Shown here: in pieces, positions 1-8,906 of the stretch | Numbering within the stretch: position 1 is the first letter of the stretch | Layout of the letters: each line of letters opens with the position of its first letter | Source: Treponematales bacterium | GTDB taxonomy: Bacteria; Spirochaetota; Spirochaetia; Treponematales; JBGSOB01 | NCBI GenBank assembly: GCA_041739325.1 | Contig: JBGSOB010000123.1 | Span: 14,863-78,862 of the forward strand | Direction: 5' to 3' | Length of the DNA: 64,000 nucleotides | Notes under the pieces: generated by a model | The model's input: only the letters and a program-made list of their open reading frames with translations | Told to the model about the DNA's origin: nothing | Database searches by the model: none | Position numbers and translations under genes: made by a program

Positions 1-524
1 CCGTGACGCCGCGACATATAGCGTGACATAAGCGCGGCCTTTTCCCCGTTGGGTTCCGGGTGCTCGCTGATAAGAATCCGAGTGTCTTTGTTTTTGCGCA
101 CGATACGGCTCTGTCCCGCCCTGGCTACGAAAGATGCCAGCGGAATCCTTAGCTGGACGCATTCGCCGCAATCCGGGCAGATATTGCGCGACAGGCTGTT
201 TCCTGTGCGGCGGAAGCCGCTGGCGAGCAGGCCGTCAAAATCGTCCAACGCTATGTGATCGCAGGGGAGGGCTTCCATACCAGAGCGCCGGTGGTCGCGG
301 AAATAGGGGCAGGCTTCCTGGCTGATGCGGTCGTAGGTTTCCAGCAGGGCCTGCGCCTCTTCTTCCAATCCCAGGGCGCGCTGGGTCATACCCATATTGT
401 AGAAAACGATAGCCTGCCGGCTGTCGGTGAGGGCCGCCTTTTTAAAGGCCTCAAGCGCCAGGTCGAACTCGTTCGATGCATAGAGCTGGACGCCGATGGC
501 GTTGAAAGTCTCCCACTCTTCCAT
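1..524 (-). CDS. TPR-fused Bpt/ATE1-like aminoacyl-tRNA--protein transferase (3' end runs off the window)
   Basis: Not in the ORF track. Manual translation from ATG 524 is open to position 1: MEEWETFNAIGVQLYASNEFDLALEAFKKAA...VFYNMGMTQRALG (TPR-like), then CPYF...GFRRTG...CPDCGECVQLRI...QSRIVRKNKD...RYMSRRH, matching the ATE_N motif pattern. Confidence 0.8.
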   Translation of the reverse strand, partial: MEEWETFNAIGVQLYASNEFDLALEAFKKAALTDSRQAIVFYNMGMTQRALGLEEEAQALLETYDRISQEACPYFRDHRRSGMEALPCDHIALDDFDGLLASGFRRTGNSLSRNICPDCGECVQLRIPLASFVARAGQSRIVRKNKDTRILISEHPEPNGEKAALMSRYMSRRH

Positions 525-530
525 TGCGGC

Positions 531-1265
531 TCAATTGACCTCGCTGAAGGCCTTCCACAGGTTGTCGGACGAAGGAGGGGCGGCCTTAAAAGAAAGCTTT
601 TCCCCGCTCACCGGGTGCTCAAACTCAAGGCCGTGGGCGTGAAGCATGATCATGCCGTTTTTTGTGGAGCGCCGCGCGCCGTACTTTAAATCTCCCCGTA
701 CCGGCAGCCCGATGGATGCCAGCTGGGCGCGGATCTGATGGGGACGTCCCGTCTCAAGGCTTATCTCCAAGAGTACATAGCGCTCCGATGTATCCCGCAC
801 GCGGTAGGAAAGCCCGGCATTCTTATATTCCAGCTTGTCTTTTTCCACCACGCCTGCTTTCTTTATACGGGCCTTGTTCGTTTTGTTGTCCCAGGCTATC
901 TCTTGTTCCAGCCTTCCCTCGGCCGGGTCCGGCTCGCTATCCACCACGGCCAGATAGGTCTTGACGATGCGGCCTTCGCGCAGGGCCTCGGAAAGGGCGG
1001 CCGCGATCTTTTGCGACTTGGCAAAGAGAACCGCTCCGGACGCGCGCCGGTCTATACGGTGCACGGCCTCAAGGTAGACCTCCGCTTGTCCAGTCTTTTC
1101 CTTAAGCCCTGCGCTCAAGATTTCCTGCAGGCTCATGTCTCCCGATTTTTCCCGTTGTACCGGCATGGGGCTGAGCTTGTTGGCGAGGATGATGCTCTCG
1201 TCCTCAAAGATGATTTCATATTCATTCACCCTTTGATTTTCGCATGGGAAGAGCTTGACGGGCAA
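531..1265 (-). CDS. RluA-family RNA pseudouridine synthase (start may be GTG 1229)
   Basis: HRIDRRASG catalytic motif, LETGRPHQIRAQL, GDLKYG, LHA. Confidence 0.9.
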   Translation of the reverse strand: MPVKLFPCENQRVNEYEIIFEDESIILANKLSPMPVQREKSGDMSLQEILSAGLKEKTGQAEVYLEAVHRIDRRASGAVLFAKSQKIAAALSEALREGRIVKTYLAVVDSEPDPAEGRLEQEIAWDNKTNKARIKKAGVVEKDKLEYKNAGLSYRVRDTSERYVLLEISLETGRPHQIRAQLASIGLPVRGDLKYGARRSTKNGMIMLHAHGLEFEHPVSGEKLSFKAAPPSSDNLWKAFSEVN

Positions 1266-1362
1266 GGCCCATAGGGCCAGTGGCGATAAGGCCGGGGCTC
1301 GAATTTCCCCCGCCTATGGGCTAGGATGGTCTCAATGTCAATGTAGCCACGCGGAGGATCCT

Positions 1363-2229
1363 ATGTTCCCTATCAGCCTGAATCTCGGTTTTCGCTTTAT
1401 TCCCTTTTATGAGGGCCTCTATTTTCTTATAGCCATTCTCACAGCTGCCCTCTGGGCGCTCAGGCGCTGGAAGTCGGCTGGACTGTCTCAGGAGTCCTAC
1501 GATTCCATTCTTTTAGCGGGCATCGGCGGCGCCATCCTCGGCGGCCGCCTTTCCCATTTTCTCTTTTGGGAACCGGCCCGCCTGATCGATGACCCCCTTT
1601 CCTTCTTTAGGGTCTGGGAGGGCGGCATCTCGGTATCAGGTGGCGTGCTCTTAGGAATCTTGGCCGCGTGGATCGTCTCCCGCGTCAAGAAACTGGATTT
1701 CTGGAAGATTCTCGAGGTTTCCTCTCCGGCCGTGCTCTTGGGGCAGGCAGTGGGGCGCATTGGCTGTTTTCTCAATGGGGACGCATTCGGCAAGCCTACA
1801 TCCATGCCCTGGGGCATTAGCTTTCGCCGTTTTGCCACCCTTATTCCCGGTTTTAAGCCGGACCGCCGGCTTTCCGGCCCAGCCTGGCAGTGGTGCGCCC
1901 AACGCGGCTTGCTTGACCTAAAGTCAGAATGGAGCTTGCCCATGCACCCTACTCAGCTCTATGAGGGAGCCCTGGATATCCTCCTTTTATTCCTCCTTCT
2001 CTTTGCCATGAAGCGTTTGGACGGCTCTCGGCGCGGAAAGCTCGGCCTCCTGTCCCTTACAGGCGGCTATGCCTTGATCCGCTTTTCCCTTGAATTCCTG
2101 CGCGCGGACAACGATGGCCCGGTTGTCCTGGGCATGACGGTTTTCCAACTCGTCTTATTGGGTCTTTTTATACTTAGTGCGGTCATCTCTCCCTTTATGC
2201 TACGAAAGGAAAAGGCCACGCAGGCCTAG
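1363..2229 (+). CDS. lgt: Prolipoprotein diacylglyceryl transferase
   Basis: GGRL, WEGGISxxGG, GQAVGRIGCFLNGD, HPTQLYE, RFxLEFLR motifs; GGAGGA RBS before ATG 1363. Confidence 0.92.
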   Translation: MFPISLNLGFRFIPFYEGLYFLIAILTAALWALRRWKSAGLSQESYDSILLAGIGGAILGGRLSHFLFWEPARLIDDPLSFFRVWEGGISVSGGVLLGILAAWIVSRVKKLDFWKILEVSSPAVLLGQAVGRIGCFLNGDAFGKPTSMPWGISFRRFATLIPGFKPDRRLSGPAWQWCAQRGLLDLKSEWSLPMHPTQLYEGALDILLLFLLLFAMKRLDGSRRGKLGLLSLTGGYALIRFSLEFLRADNDGPVVLGMTVFQLVLLGLFILSAVISPFMLRKEKATQA

Positions 2230-2428
2230 GTGTTATTCTTGCGGGCCGAGCGCTTGGAAGATGGCAGACGGAGCAACAAACTTAAGGCGGGTCCGCCGGA
2301 GCCTGGCAGCCACGCCCAAGATGTCTACCGCGAGGTTTTTAAGGACCAAACGGCTTAAAACCTGAATGCGTCGTACTATCCAATACCTGAGCGAAGTTTG
2401 ACGCATCAGCCACATCGGAACCCTGTGC

Positions 2429-4507
2429 TCAGCCTCGGGCGGCAAGGCTCTCCGAGAAAGGCGGTGCGCGGCGCATTACCTCGCGTATCACGCTATTCTC
2501 GCTTTCCAAGAAACCTGGGTCCCGGGCAAGAACGGCGAATGCCTCTGTCCGCGCCTTTTCCAAGAGCTCCCCGTCGCGGATAAGGTCTGCAAAGGCCAGC
2601 TTGAGGTCGCCGGATTGGGCTGTACCGGTTATCTCCCCCGGGCCGCGGATGCGCAGGTCTTCCTCGGAAATTTTAAAACCGTCTGAGCTCTCCATGATGG
2701 CCTTGAGCCTTTCTTTGGCGTCTGCGCTCAGCTCCTTGGAATAGACCATGAAGGCGTAGGATTGATGGGGGCCGCGGCCGACCCTCCCGCGTAACTGATG
2801 GAGGGCCGCCAGGCCAAAGCGCTCGGCGTGCTCAATGACAATGCAGCTGGCGTTGGGAACGTCCACGCCCACCTCTACCACCGAGGTAGCCACTAAGAGC
2901 TTAAGCTCCCCCTTTGAGAATGCGAGCATGGTAGCGCGCTTTTCCTCTTCCGGAAGCCTTGAATGGATGATGCCGACCGCAGTGCCCTTGAAGATTTTCC
3001 CGCTCAGTTCTTCAAGCATGCCTTGGGCGTGTTTTAAATCCAGCTTTTCTGAGGCTTCTATAAGGGGGTAGACGAAATAGGCTTGTCGCCCCGCTTCAAG
3101 TTCGCGTTGTACGAAATCATAGACCTTTTTTTCGTTTCCCTGGGCGGCCAGATGGGTCTTGATGGGTAGGCGGCCGGCCGGTAGGTTGCGGATGGTGGAA
3201 ACGCTCAAGTCTCCGTATTCGGTGAGGGCCAGGGTCCGCGGGATGGGGGTAGCCGTCATCATGAGCATATCCGGCTCGCGGGATTTAGCGCTCAAGGCGA
3301 TGCGTTGCATGACCCCAAAGCGATGCTGCTCGTCTATGACCACCAGTGAGAGATTGCGGAAAACCACGTCTTTTGAGAAGAGGGCGTGGGTTCCGATAAC
3401 GAGGTCAACCTCTCCCCCCGCCAGGGCTTCCAGGAGGGGCCGCCGGCCGGAATCCTTGACGTTGCCGCTTAAGAAGGCCAGGCGGATTCCAAGCGGTTCA
3501 AGCAATCTGGCGGCGGTATCGGCGTGTTGCCGCGCAAGGAGCTCGGTGGGGGCCATGATGGCGGCTTGGCCTCCCGTTTCAATGACGGAAAGGCAGGCCA
3601 AAAAAGCAACTAAGGTCTTACCCGAGCCGACATCGCCCTGGAGGAGGCGGGCCATGGCCGAGGGCGCGGCCATATCTGCTTCAATCTCCGCCAGGCAGGA
3701 GAGTTGGTCCGCCGTAAGCTCGAAGGGCAGTCTTTCGATAAGGCGTTGTTTTAGCAGGCCTTCCGCTCTCTTGCCCCGTTCAATTCGCTGAGCCTTGCGC
3801 GTGAAGGCCCTGCGCCCGATCATGAGCTCCAGGTAAAAAAGCTCGGAAAAAGCAAGACTTTTACGGGCCTGCTCTACGTCTTGGGCTTTTTCGGGGGCAT
3901 GGAGGGCAGCCAAGGCCTGCCCAGTGGGAAGAAGTTTATAGCGCTGCAGGTAGGATTCAGGCAGATCGCTTTCTAGCCGGCGGCCGTATTCCGCAAGCGC
4001 CCGCGCCTGAAGTTTGCGCAAAAGCGTCTGCGAGAGGCCGGCGGTGAGGGGATAGACGGGAAGGACCTTGCCCGTTGCCAGTGGGTCTTGGGCCTCCTCA
4101 TCCACCGGCTCAAAGTCAAAGCTTGAGGACTGGATCTCTCCGTAACGGTATTGGAATGTGCCCGAGAGAAAGTAGCGTTTACCCTGCTCTAACTGTTTTT
4201 CCAAAAAAGGACGGTTAAAGCAGATCAAGGAGGCTTGGGCGCTCTCGTCCTCAACCAGAACCTTGAGGGTCTTCATGCGGCCAAAGCCGAACCAGTCGTG
4301 GGTTAAAACTTGGACAATCGTGTTTACCTTAGGGGCATCGGCGAATCGGGAAAGGGGAACGGGCTTTGACCTATCGTCGTAGCCCCGCGGGGAGAGCAAG
4401 AGGATATCCCCTACCGTGAGCACCCCAAGCTGGGCCAGGAGGGCCTGGATACGAGGTCCGGCGCCCTTGAGGGAGGAAAGTGGTTGTTTGAGTTCGCGCA
4501 GAAACAC
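2429..4507 (-). CDS. recG: ATP-dependent DNA helicase RecG
   Basis: RLLQGDVGSGKT, DEQHRFG, MTATPIPRTL, QLRGRVGRG, DLRIRGPGE. Confidence 0.97.
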   Translation of the reverse strand: MFLRELKQPLSSLKGAGPRIQALLAQLGVLTVGDILLLSPRGYDDRSKPVPLSRFADAPKVNTIVQVLTHDWFGFGRMKTLKVLVEDESAQASLICFNRPFLEKQLEQGKRYFLSGTFQYRYGEIQSSSFDFEPVDEEAQDPLATGKVLPVYPLTAGLSQTLLRKLQARALAEYGRRLESDLPESYLQRYKLLPTGQALAALHAPEKAQDVEQARKSLAFSELFYLELMIGRRAFTRKAQRIERGKRAEGLLKQRLIERLPFELTADQLSCLAEIEADMAAPSAMARLLQGDVGSGKTLVAFLACLSVIETGGQAAIMAPTELLARQHADTAARLLEPLGIRLAFLSGNVKDSGRRPLLEALAGGEVDLVIGTHALFSKDVVFRNLSLVVIDEQHRFGVMQRIALSAKSREPDMLMMTATPIPRTLALTEYGDLSVSTIRNLPAGRLPIKTHLAAQGNEKKVYDFVQRELEAGRQAYFVYPLIEASEKLDLKHAQGMLEELSGKIFKGTAVGIIHSRLPEEEKRATMLAFSKGELKLLVATSVVEVGVDVPNASCIVIEHAERFGLAALHQLRGRVGRGPHQSYAFMVYSKELSADAKERLKAIMESSDGFKISEEDLRIRGPGEITGTAQSGDLKLAFADLIRDGELLEKARTEAFAVLARDPGFLESENSVIREVMRRAPPFSESLAARG

Positions 4508-4512
4508 GGCTG

Positions 4513-4542
4513 ATTATCCCCGCAATACACGAAGTGGGTCAA
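4513..4542 (-). promoter_or_regulatory. sigma70-like promoter for recG (probably leaderless)
   Basis: TTGACC-N18-GATAAT ending 5 nt before the GTG start; no SD. Confidence 0.5.
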
Positions 4543-4601
4543 GTTCCTGTTTCCTCAGGGCCCCTTCCATGCTAGAGTAGTGCGGCTGAGAAGGAGGAAA
4601 C

Positions 4602-6116
4602 ATGAAGGACGCCCTACAGCGGCTCAAGGCCATAGACTCAGAATGTCATCTTTTTGCGGGAATCAACGCTCTCTTAGGTTGGGACCAGGAAACCTATATG
4701 CCCCCCAAGGGCTTGGACGCGCGTGGCGAGCAACTGGCCCTCATCGAAGGCCTTTCCCATGAGCGCCTTACCGGGCCGGATATCCCCGCCCTCCTTGCCA
4801 GCCTCGGCGTGTCTGAGCAGAATCCCATGGGAGATCCAAGCCTTGACAAGGATACTCGCTCCTACCTGCGCGCCTTTTATAGGATGTGGTCGCGGGAAGT
4901 GAAGCTCCCCGGCGACTTCGTGCGCGAGCGGGCAAAGGCCGTTTCCCTCTCCCAGGCCGCGTGGGCCGATGCCCGCGCAAAAAACGACTTCTCCCTCTTT
5001 GAGCCCCATCTGGAAAAAATGATCGGCTACGCCAAGCGTGAAGCCGCCTACTTAGGTTACGGTGAGCGCCCCTACGACGGCCTCCTAGACCTCTATGAAG
5101 CGGGGCTGACAGTGCAGGAGACAAGGCAGATCTTTTCCAAGCTCAAAGCGGGGCTTGTCTCCCTCTTGGCAAAGATAGGGTCGCGGCCTCAGGTGGACGA
5201 CTGTGCCCTCAAGCGTTCTTGCCCGATTGAAAAACAAGAGGCCTTTTCTCGCCACCTCATGCCCCTCCTTGGTTATGACCTAGAGTCCGGCCGCTTGGAT
5301 CCTTCCGCCCACCCCTTTACCACAAGCATTGGCGAAGACGATATCCGCATCACCACCCGCTATCTGGAGAACGATTTCGGCTCTTCCATATCCTCCACGA
5401 TCCACGAGACCGGTCACGCCCTCTACGAGCTTGGCTTGCCGCGCGCCTGGGCGCGCACGGTTATGGGCGAGGCATGCTCTACCGCTGTCCACGAATCCCA
5501 ATCCCGCTTCTGGGAAAACATCGTCGGCCGTAGCCTTCCTTTTTGGAAGGGCCAGTTCCCCCGTCTCAAAGCAGACCTGTCGCCTGTTATCGAAGATGTG
5601 GATCTTGAAGGTTTTTATCGAGCCTTTAACAAGGTCGAGCCCTCATATATCCGCGTAGACGCCGACGAAGTGACCTACTCCCTCCACGTCATCCTACGCT
5701 TTGAGCTCGAGAGCGATTTGATGGAAGGCCGCCTCAAGGTGGCAGATCTGCCCTCCGCCTGGAATTTAAAAATGAAGGAGCTACTCGGCATAAGCCCGCC
5801 CAGCGACGCCCTCGGCTGCCTCCAAGACATTCATTGGTCCATGGGCGCCGTGGGCTACTTCCCCGGTTATGCCCTGGGCAATCTCTACGCCGCCCAATTT
5901 ACCCAGGCTATGGTCGCAGAACTGGGTCCGTTGGAATCTTACCTTGAGACGGGGAATTTTACGCCCATACTCTCTTGGCTACGCCGCAACATACATGAAC
6001 GCGGCGCAGGCCTACTGCCTTCTGAACTCGTCAAAGAGGTATGCGGTAGCGCCCTCTCTCACGAGCCCTTCCTTGACTACCTAAATAAAAAATACGCCGG
6101 GGTCTATGGATTCTAG
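4602..6116 (+). CDS. M32-family carboxypeptidase
   Basis: HPF, DIRITTRY, HETGH (HExxH), HESQSRFWEN, IRVDADE, QDIHW, GYFPGY; AAGGAGG RBS. Confidence 0.95.
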   Translation: MKDALQRLKAIDSECHLFAGINALLGWDQETYMPPKGLDARGEQLALIEGLSHERLTGPDIPALLASLGVSEQNPMGDPSLDKDTRSYLRAFYRMWSREVKLPGDFVRERAKAVSLSQAAWADARAKNDFSLFEPHLEKMIGYAKREAAYLGYGERPYDGLLDLYEAGLTVQETRQIFSKLKAGLVSLLAKIGSRPQVDDCALKRSCPIEKQEAFSRHLMPLLGYDLESGRLDPSAHPFTTSIGEDDIRITTRYLENDFGSSISSTIHETGHALYELGLPRAWARTVMGEACSTAVHESQSRFWENIVGRSLPFWKGQFPRLKADLSPVIEDVDLEGFYRAFNKVEPSYIRVDADEVTYSLHVILRFELESDLMEGRLKVADLPSAWNLKMKELLGISPPSDALGCLQDIHWSMGAVGYFPGYALGNLYAAQFTQAMVAELGPLESYLETGNFTPILSWLRRNIHERGAGLLPSELVKEVCGSALSHEPFLDYLNKKYAGVYGF

Positions 6117-6936
6117 CATCCTGGCTTCGCCGTATCTTTGGGCTGCCCTGGTAGGCTTTTTCATGGGGCCGGCAATGGCAGCTTGTATTCCCCGCGGCCA
6201 GGGCGGCCGGGCTTCCGTGAGTAGTGGAAAACCCGCTGCTTTGGGGAGAAAGCCTGCCCTAGCTCGGGCGCTGGCCATCCTCTATCTGAGCCTGAGCCTC
6301 TCCATCGGAAGCTTTTGGGCCGGCTTTTTTTTAAGCGGTTTACCCAACCTCCTCAACCCCGGCGTTTTGTTGTGCGCGGCTATCGTCTTTATCCTCTCAA
6401 GCCTAGGCTTCCGCTGGAAGCTGGGCGTCGGCCTGCCCCTTGTATTTCTCTATTCACTCTGCCTCTTGCTCAGCGCCTGGCTCTTCCGCGATTGGACTAT
6501 CCTGCCGGGGAACCGCTTAAGCCGCGAAACTGAGATTATGCTTACGCGGATAAGCTCTGTCCCCGCCGGGGAAGGGCAGGGGGAGTGGCGTTATGAGATG
6601 AAGAAAGGAGGACGGAAGACCCTTTTGCCGCCCGTAGTTGGCGATATCAGCCCCCTTATTCAGCGCATTCAAGCCGGGGGCGCCTGGCCACTTTTAGGCA
6701 TACGCAACGCCTACCGGGTGCTTGGCCTCTTGGATGGCGGCTCTGTCCCTAAGCTTGTCGCCTCCGCCCAGTCAGACCGAATAGGCCGGCTTTTGTTTGA
6801 AGCCAGACCTGGGGCCTTTTTTGTCTCCCCCTCACTGGTGTATTCGGTCAACTCCCTCGAGCCTTTGGCCCTCCAAGCCTTTGAGGGGCGTGACATTATC
6901 ATCAGTATTACCGGAATTTCCTGGAAAAAGCCCTAG
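6106..6936 (+). CDS. Hypothetical membrane protein
   Basis: 276-aa ORF overlapping the upstream stop; about 4 hydrophobic segments in the N-terminal half. Confidence 0.6.
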   Translation: MDSSILASPYLWAALVGFFMGPAMAACIPRGQGGRASVSSGKPAALGRKPALARALAILYLSLSLSIGSFWAGFFLSGLPNLLNPGVLLCAAIVFILSSLGFRWKLGVGLPLVFLYSLCLLLSAWLFRDWTILPGNRLSRETEIMLTRISSVPAGEGQGEWRYEMKKGGRKTLLPPVVGDISPLIQRIQAGGAWPLLGIRNAYRVLGLLDGGSVPKLVASAQSDRIGRLLFEARPGAFFVSPSLVYSVNSLEPLALQAFEGRDIIISITGISWKKP

Positions 6937-7103
6937 AAAGGTATGAATTACTGCAACACTTTTGCGGCGCTTCGTGTGGTTTTGTATACCCTTTTTTATC
7001 CTTAAAAATATACCTAACAAATATTCGATTCTTGTCAAAATTAAAGCTATTTATTGAAAGCATTTAGCTAATTCGCATTATTCGCTTAGGCTTATCATGT
7101 TTC

Positions 7104-7119
7104 TGGCATGATCTTTGCT
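7104..7119 (+). promoter_or_regulatory. sigma54 (RpoN) -24/-12 promoter
   Basis: TGGCATGATCTTTGCT = GG-N10-GC, near-consensus; AT-rich region upstream. Confidence 0.65.
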
Positions 7120-7218
7120 ATACTTATGCTGGGAATGTATGTTCCGGAAGGAAGGATCGTCCGGATTAATCCCACGAGTCGGTCGTATGACGGCTTGAAA
7201 CCCTAGGTGGAGGACTTC

Positions 7219-8805
7219 ATGAAAAAGTTCCTATGTTTACTCTTTGTCGTTTGCGCAGCCCTTAGTTTTGCGCAGGAAGACGACTTCTTTTCCGATTCAA
7301 TCGATTCGGTTCTCCAGCGCGCCCGAGAAAAAAACCGTGGCCGCACGGAGGGCCAGAGCGAGGATAAAGAGCGGGCCATCGATTTAGTCCAGGACTATTC
7401 TACCGAGGATGAGGCGAAGGACGACGCGGTTGCGAAAGACGCTTCCGATGTTGAGGATGATGGAAGCGCTCTATCCGATACGGATGGAAAAACGGATGTC
7501 ACAACCAGTGACGCCCACATAACCCTGCGTGACAAATTCAGAAGCAAGCGCCTCTTTATCGTACATTTCTTTGACGCCGGTGACCTGGGTTGGCTCTTTT
7601 CCAAGCCAAGCAAAGCCAGTGCGTCTGAGCGCCCCGCAAAACCCGTTCGCCCGCTTAAGCCCAGCCGACCAGCGGCGCAAGATGAAAAAGATGTTGCCCC
7701 CAAAGCCGCTGAGTTTGAGCAGCCCAAAGCGGAAGCCCCCTACAGCCCCTTCGTTCTTTCCCTTCTTCCCGGCATTTCCATGCCCATGGGCATTAATCGG
7801 ACATCGCTGGGACTGGGTATTATCGGCGGCATGACAGAGGATACTCGGGGCATCGCCGTTTCTTCAGTCTTCGATATCGTGCTTGGGGAGCTTACCGGCA
7901 TTCAGAGCGCCGGCGTCTTCTCCACCGTCGGCGGTAAGGGCTTGGGTATACAAAGCTCAGGCGTCTTCAATGTAGCCGGCTCAGATTTCTACGGTCTGCA
8001 AAACGCCGGCGTCTTTAACGTGACCCGCGACGACTTCTTAGGTCTGCAGAGCGCCGGCGTCTTTAACATGGGGCGTGACGTAGTAGGTGTTCAGACCGCC
8101 GGCGTCTTCAACACGTCCCGCAATCTCAAGGGATTGCAGGTTGCCGGCGTTTTCAACTCGGCAACCGATGTGAAAGGCATCCAGGTGGCGGGCGTAGTCA
8201 ACGCGGCCAAGGATGTGAGGGGCCTCCAGGTAGGGCTGGTGAACATATCGGAGAATTGCTACGGCCTCCCCATCGGCCTGGTCAACTACGTTAAGAACGG
8301 CGTGCGCGATATCGGCTTTTGGCACGATAGCGCTGACAATCTCTACGCATATTGGGCAAACGGCACGAACAATCTCTACACCATCGTTTACGGCGGTGAA
8401 GCCCCCGCCGATTGGTTCGTCAACTCCAACACCCTCAGCTTCGGCTTTGGCTTGGGCTATCGTGTGAGCCGCAAGCCCTTCTCCCTAGACCTGGATCTTT
8501 CCGTGAAGAATTTCTACGGCCCCAACTGGGACGACGCTCTGCGCGCCGCGGACGTCGTGGACAGCTACGGCAACCATGTGTTCAGCGTGTCCCCCATAAG
8601 CAGCTTCCCCAGCTTGCGCGCCAGTCTCGGCATGCCCATCTTCAAGGGCCTAGAGGTCTTCGGCGGCGTCTCTGCCGATATTGGCATAAGCGGGGTTTGC
8701 GCGGTTCCCGACGCCCTCAAGCGCGATTCCTCCTTCCTCATCAGGGGGCAGGAGGGCCATTCGCTAGAGATCAATCCACAGCTTTTCTGGGGATTGCGCC
8801 TCTAA
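7219..8805 (+). CDS. Exported surface-repeat protein (LA_2272-like GxQxAGVFN repeats) with probable C-terminal beta-barrel
   Basis: Signal peptide MKKFLCLLFVVCAALSFA, acidic and Pro/Lys-rich N-terminal region, about 9 repeats, amphipathic strands ending FWGLRL; GGAGG RBS. Confidence 0.75.
   Translation: MKKFLCLLFVVCAALSFAQEDDFFSDSIDSVLQRAREKNRGRTEGQSEDKERAIDLVQDYSTEDEAKDDAVAKDASDVEDDGSALSDTDGKTDVTTSDAHITLRDKFRSKRLFIVHFFDAGDLGWLFSKPSKASASERPAKPVRPLKPSRPAAQDEKDVAPKAAEFEQPKAEAPYSPFVLSLLPGISMPMGINRTSLGLGIIGGMTEDTRGIAVSSVFDIVLGELTGIQSAGVFSTVGGKGLGIQSSGVFNVAGSDFYGLQNAGVFNVTRDDFLGLQSAGVFNMGRDVVGVQTAGVFNTSRNLKGLQVAGVFNSATDVKGIQVAGVVNAAKDVRGLQVGLVNISENCYGLPIGLVNYVKNGVRDIGFWHDSADNLYAYWANGTNNLYTIVYGGEAPADWFVNSNTLSFGFGLGYRVSRKPFSLDLDLSVKNFYGPNWDDALRAADVVDSYGNHVFSVSPISSFPSLRASLGMPIFKGLEVFGGVSADIGISGVCAVPDALKRDSSFLIRGQEGHSLEINPQLFWGLRL
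7897..8286 (+). repeat. Coding tandem repeats, about 9 units of 14-16 aa G(I/L/V)Qx(A/S)GVFN
   Basis: Recurring gccggcgtcttcaa-like motif at 42-48 nt spacing, all in frame. Confidence 0.85.
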
Positions 8806-8822
8806 AGCGCCTTAATGCGGAT

Positions 8823-8851
8823 GGGCCGCCCTTCGGGGCGGCTCTTTTTTT
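8823..8851 (+). terminator. Rho-independent terminator
   Basis: GGGCCGCCC-TTCG-GGGCGGCTC followed by T7. Confidence 0.9.
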
Positions 8852-8870
8852 GCCTAGAACGCATCCGTCC

Positions 8871-8900
8871 TTGACAGGGGCTGAATTCGCGAACCATAAT
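8871..8900 (+). promoter_or_regulatory. sigma70-like promoter (probably leaderless)
   Basis: TTGACA-N18-CATAAT, 6 nt before ATG 8907. Confidence 0.6.
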
Positions 8901-8906
8901 TGAGCC

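Noticed and set aside
49-689. Plus-strand ORFs 49-258, 134-325 and 255-689
   Set aside because: Shadows of the minus-strand Bpt-like and rluA-like genes
2233-2445. 70-aa minus-strand ORF after recG
   Set aside because: No recognisable motif and no clear RBS; could be a real small basic protein but is unsupported
7897-8286. Regularly spaced gccggcgtcttcaa motifs resembling repeat-spacer structure
   Set aside because: Degenerate at third codon positions and in frame; they are protein repeats
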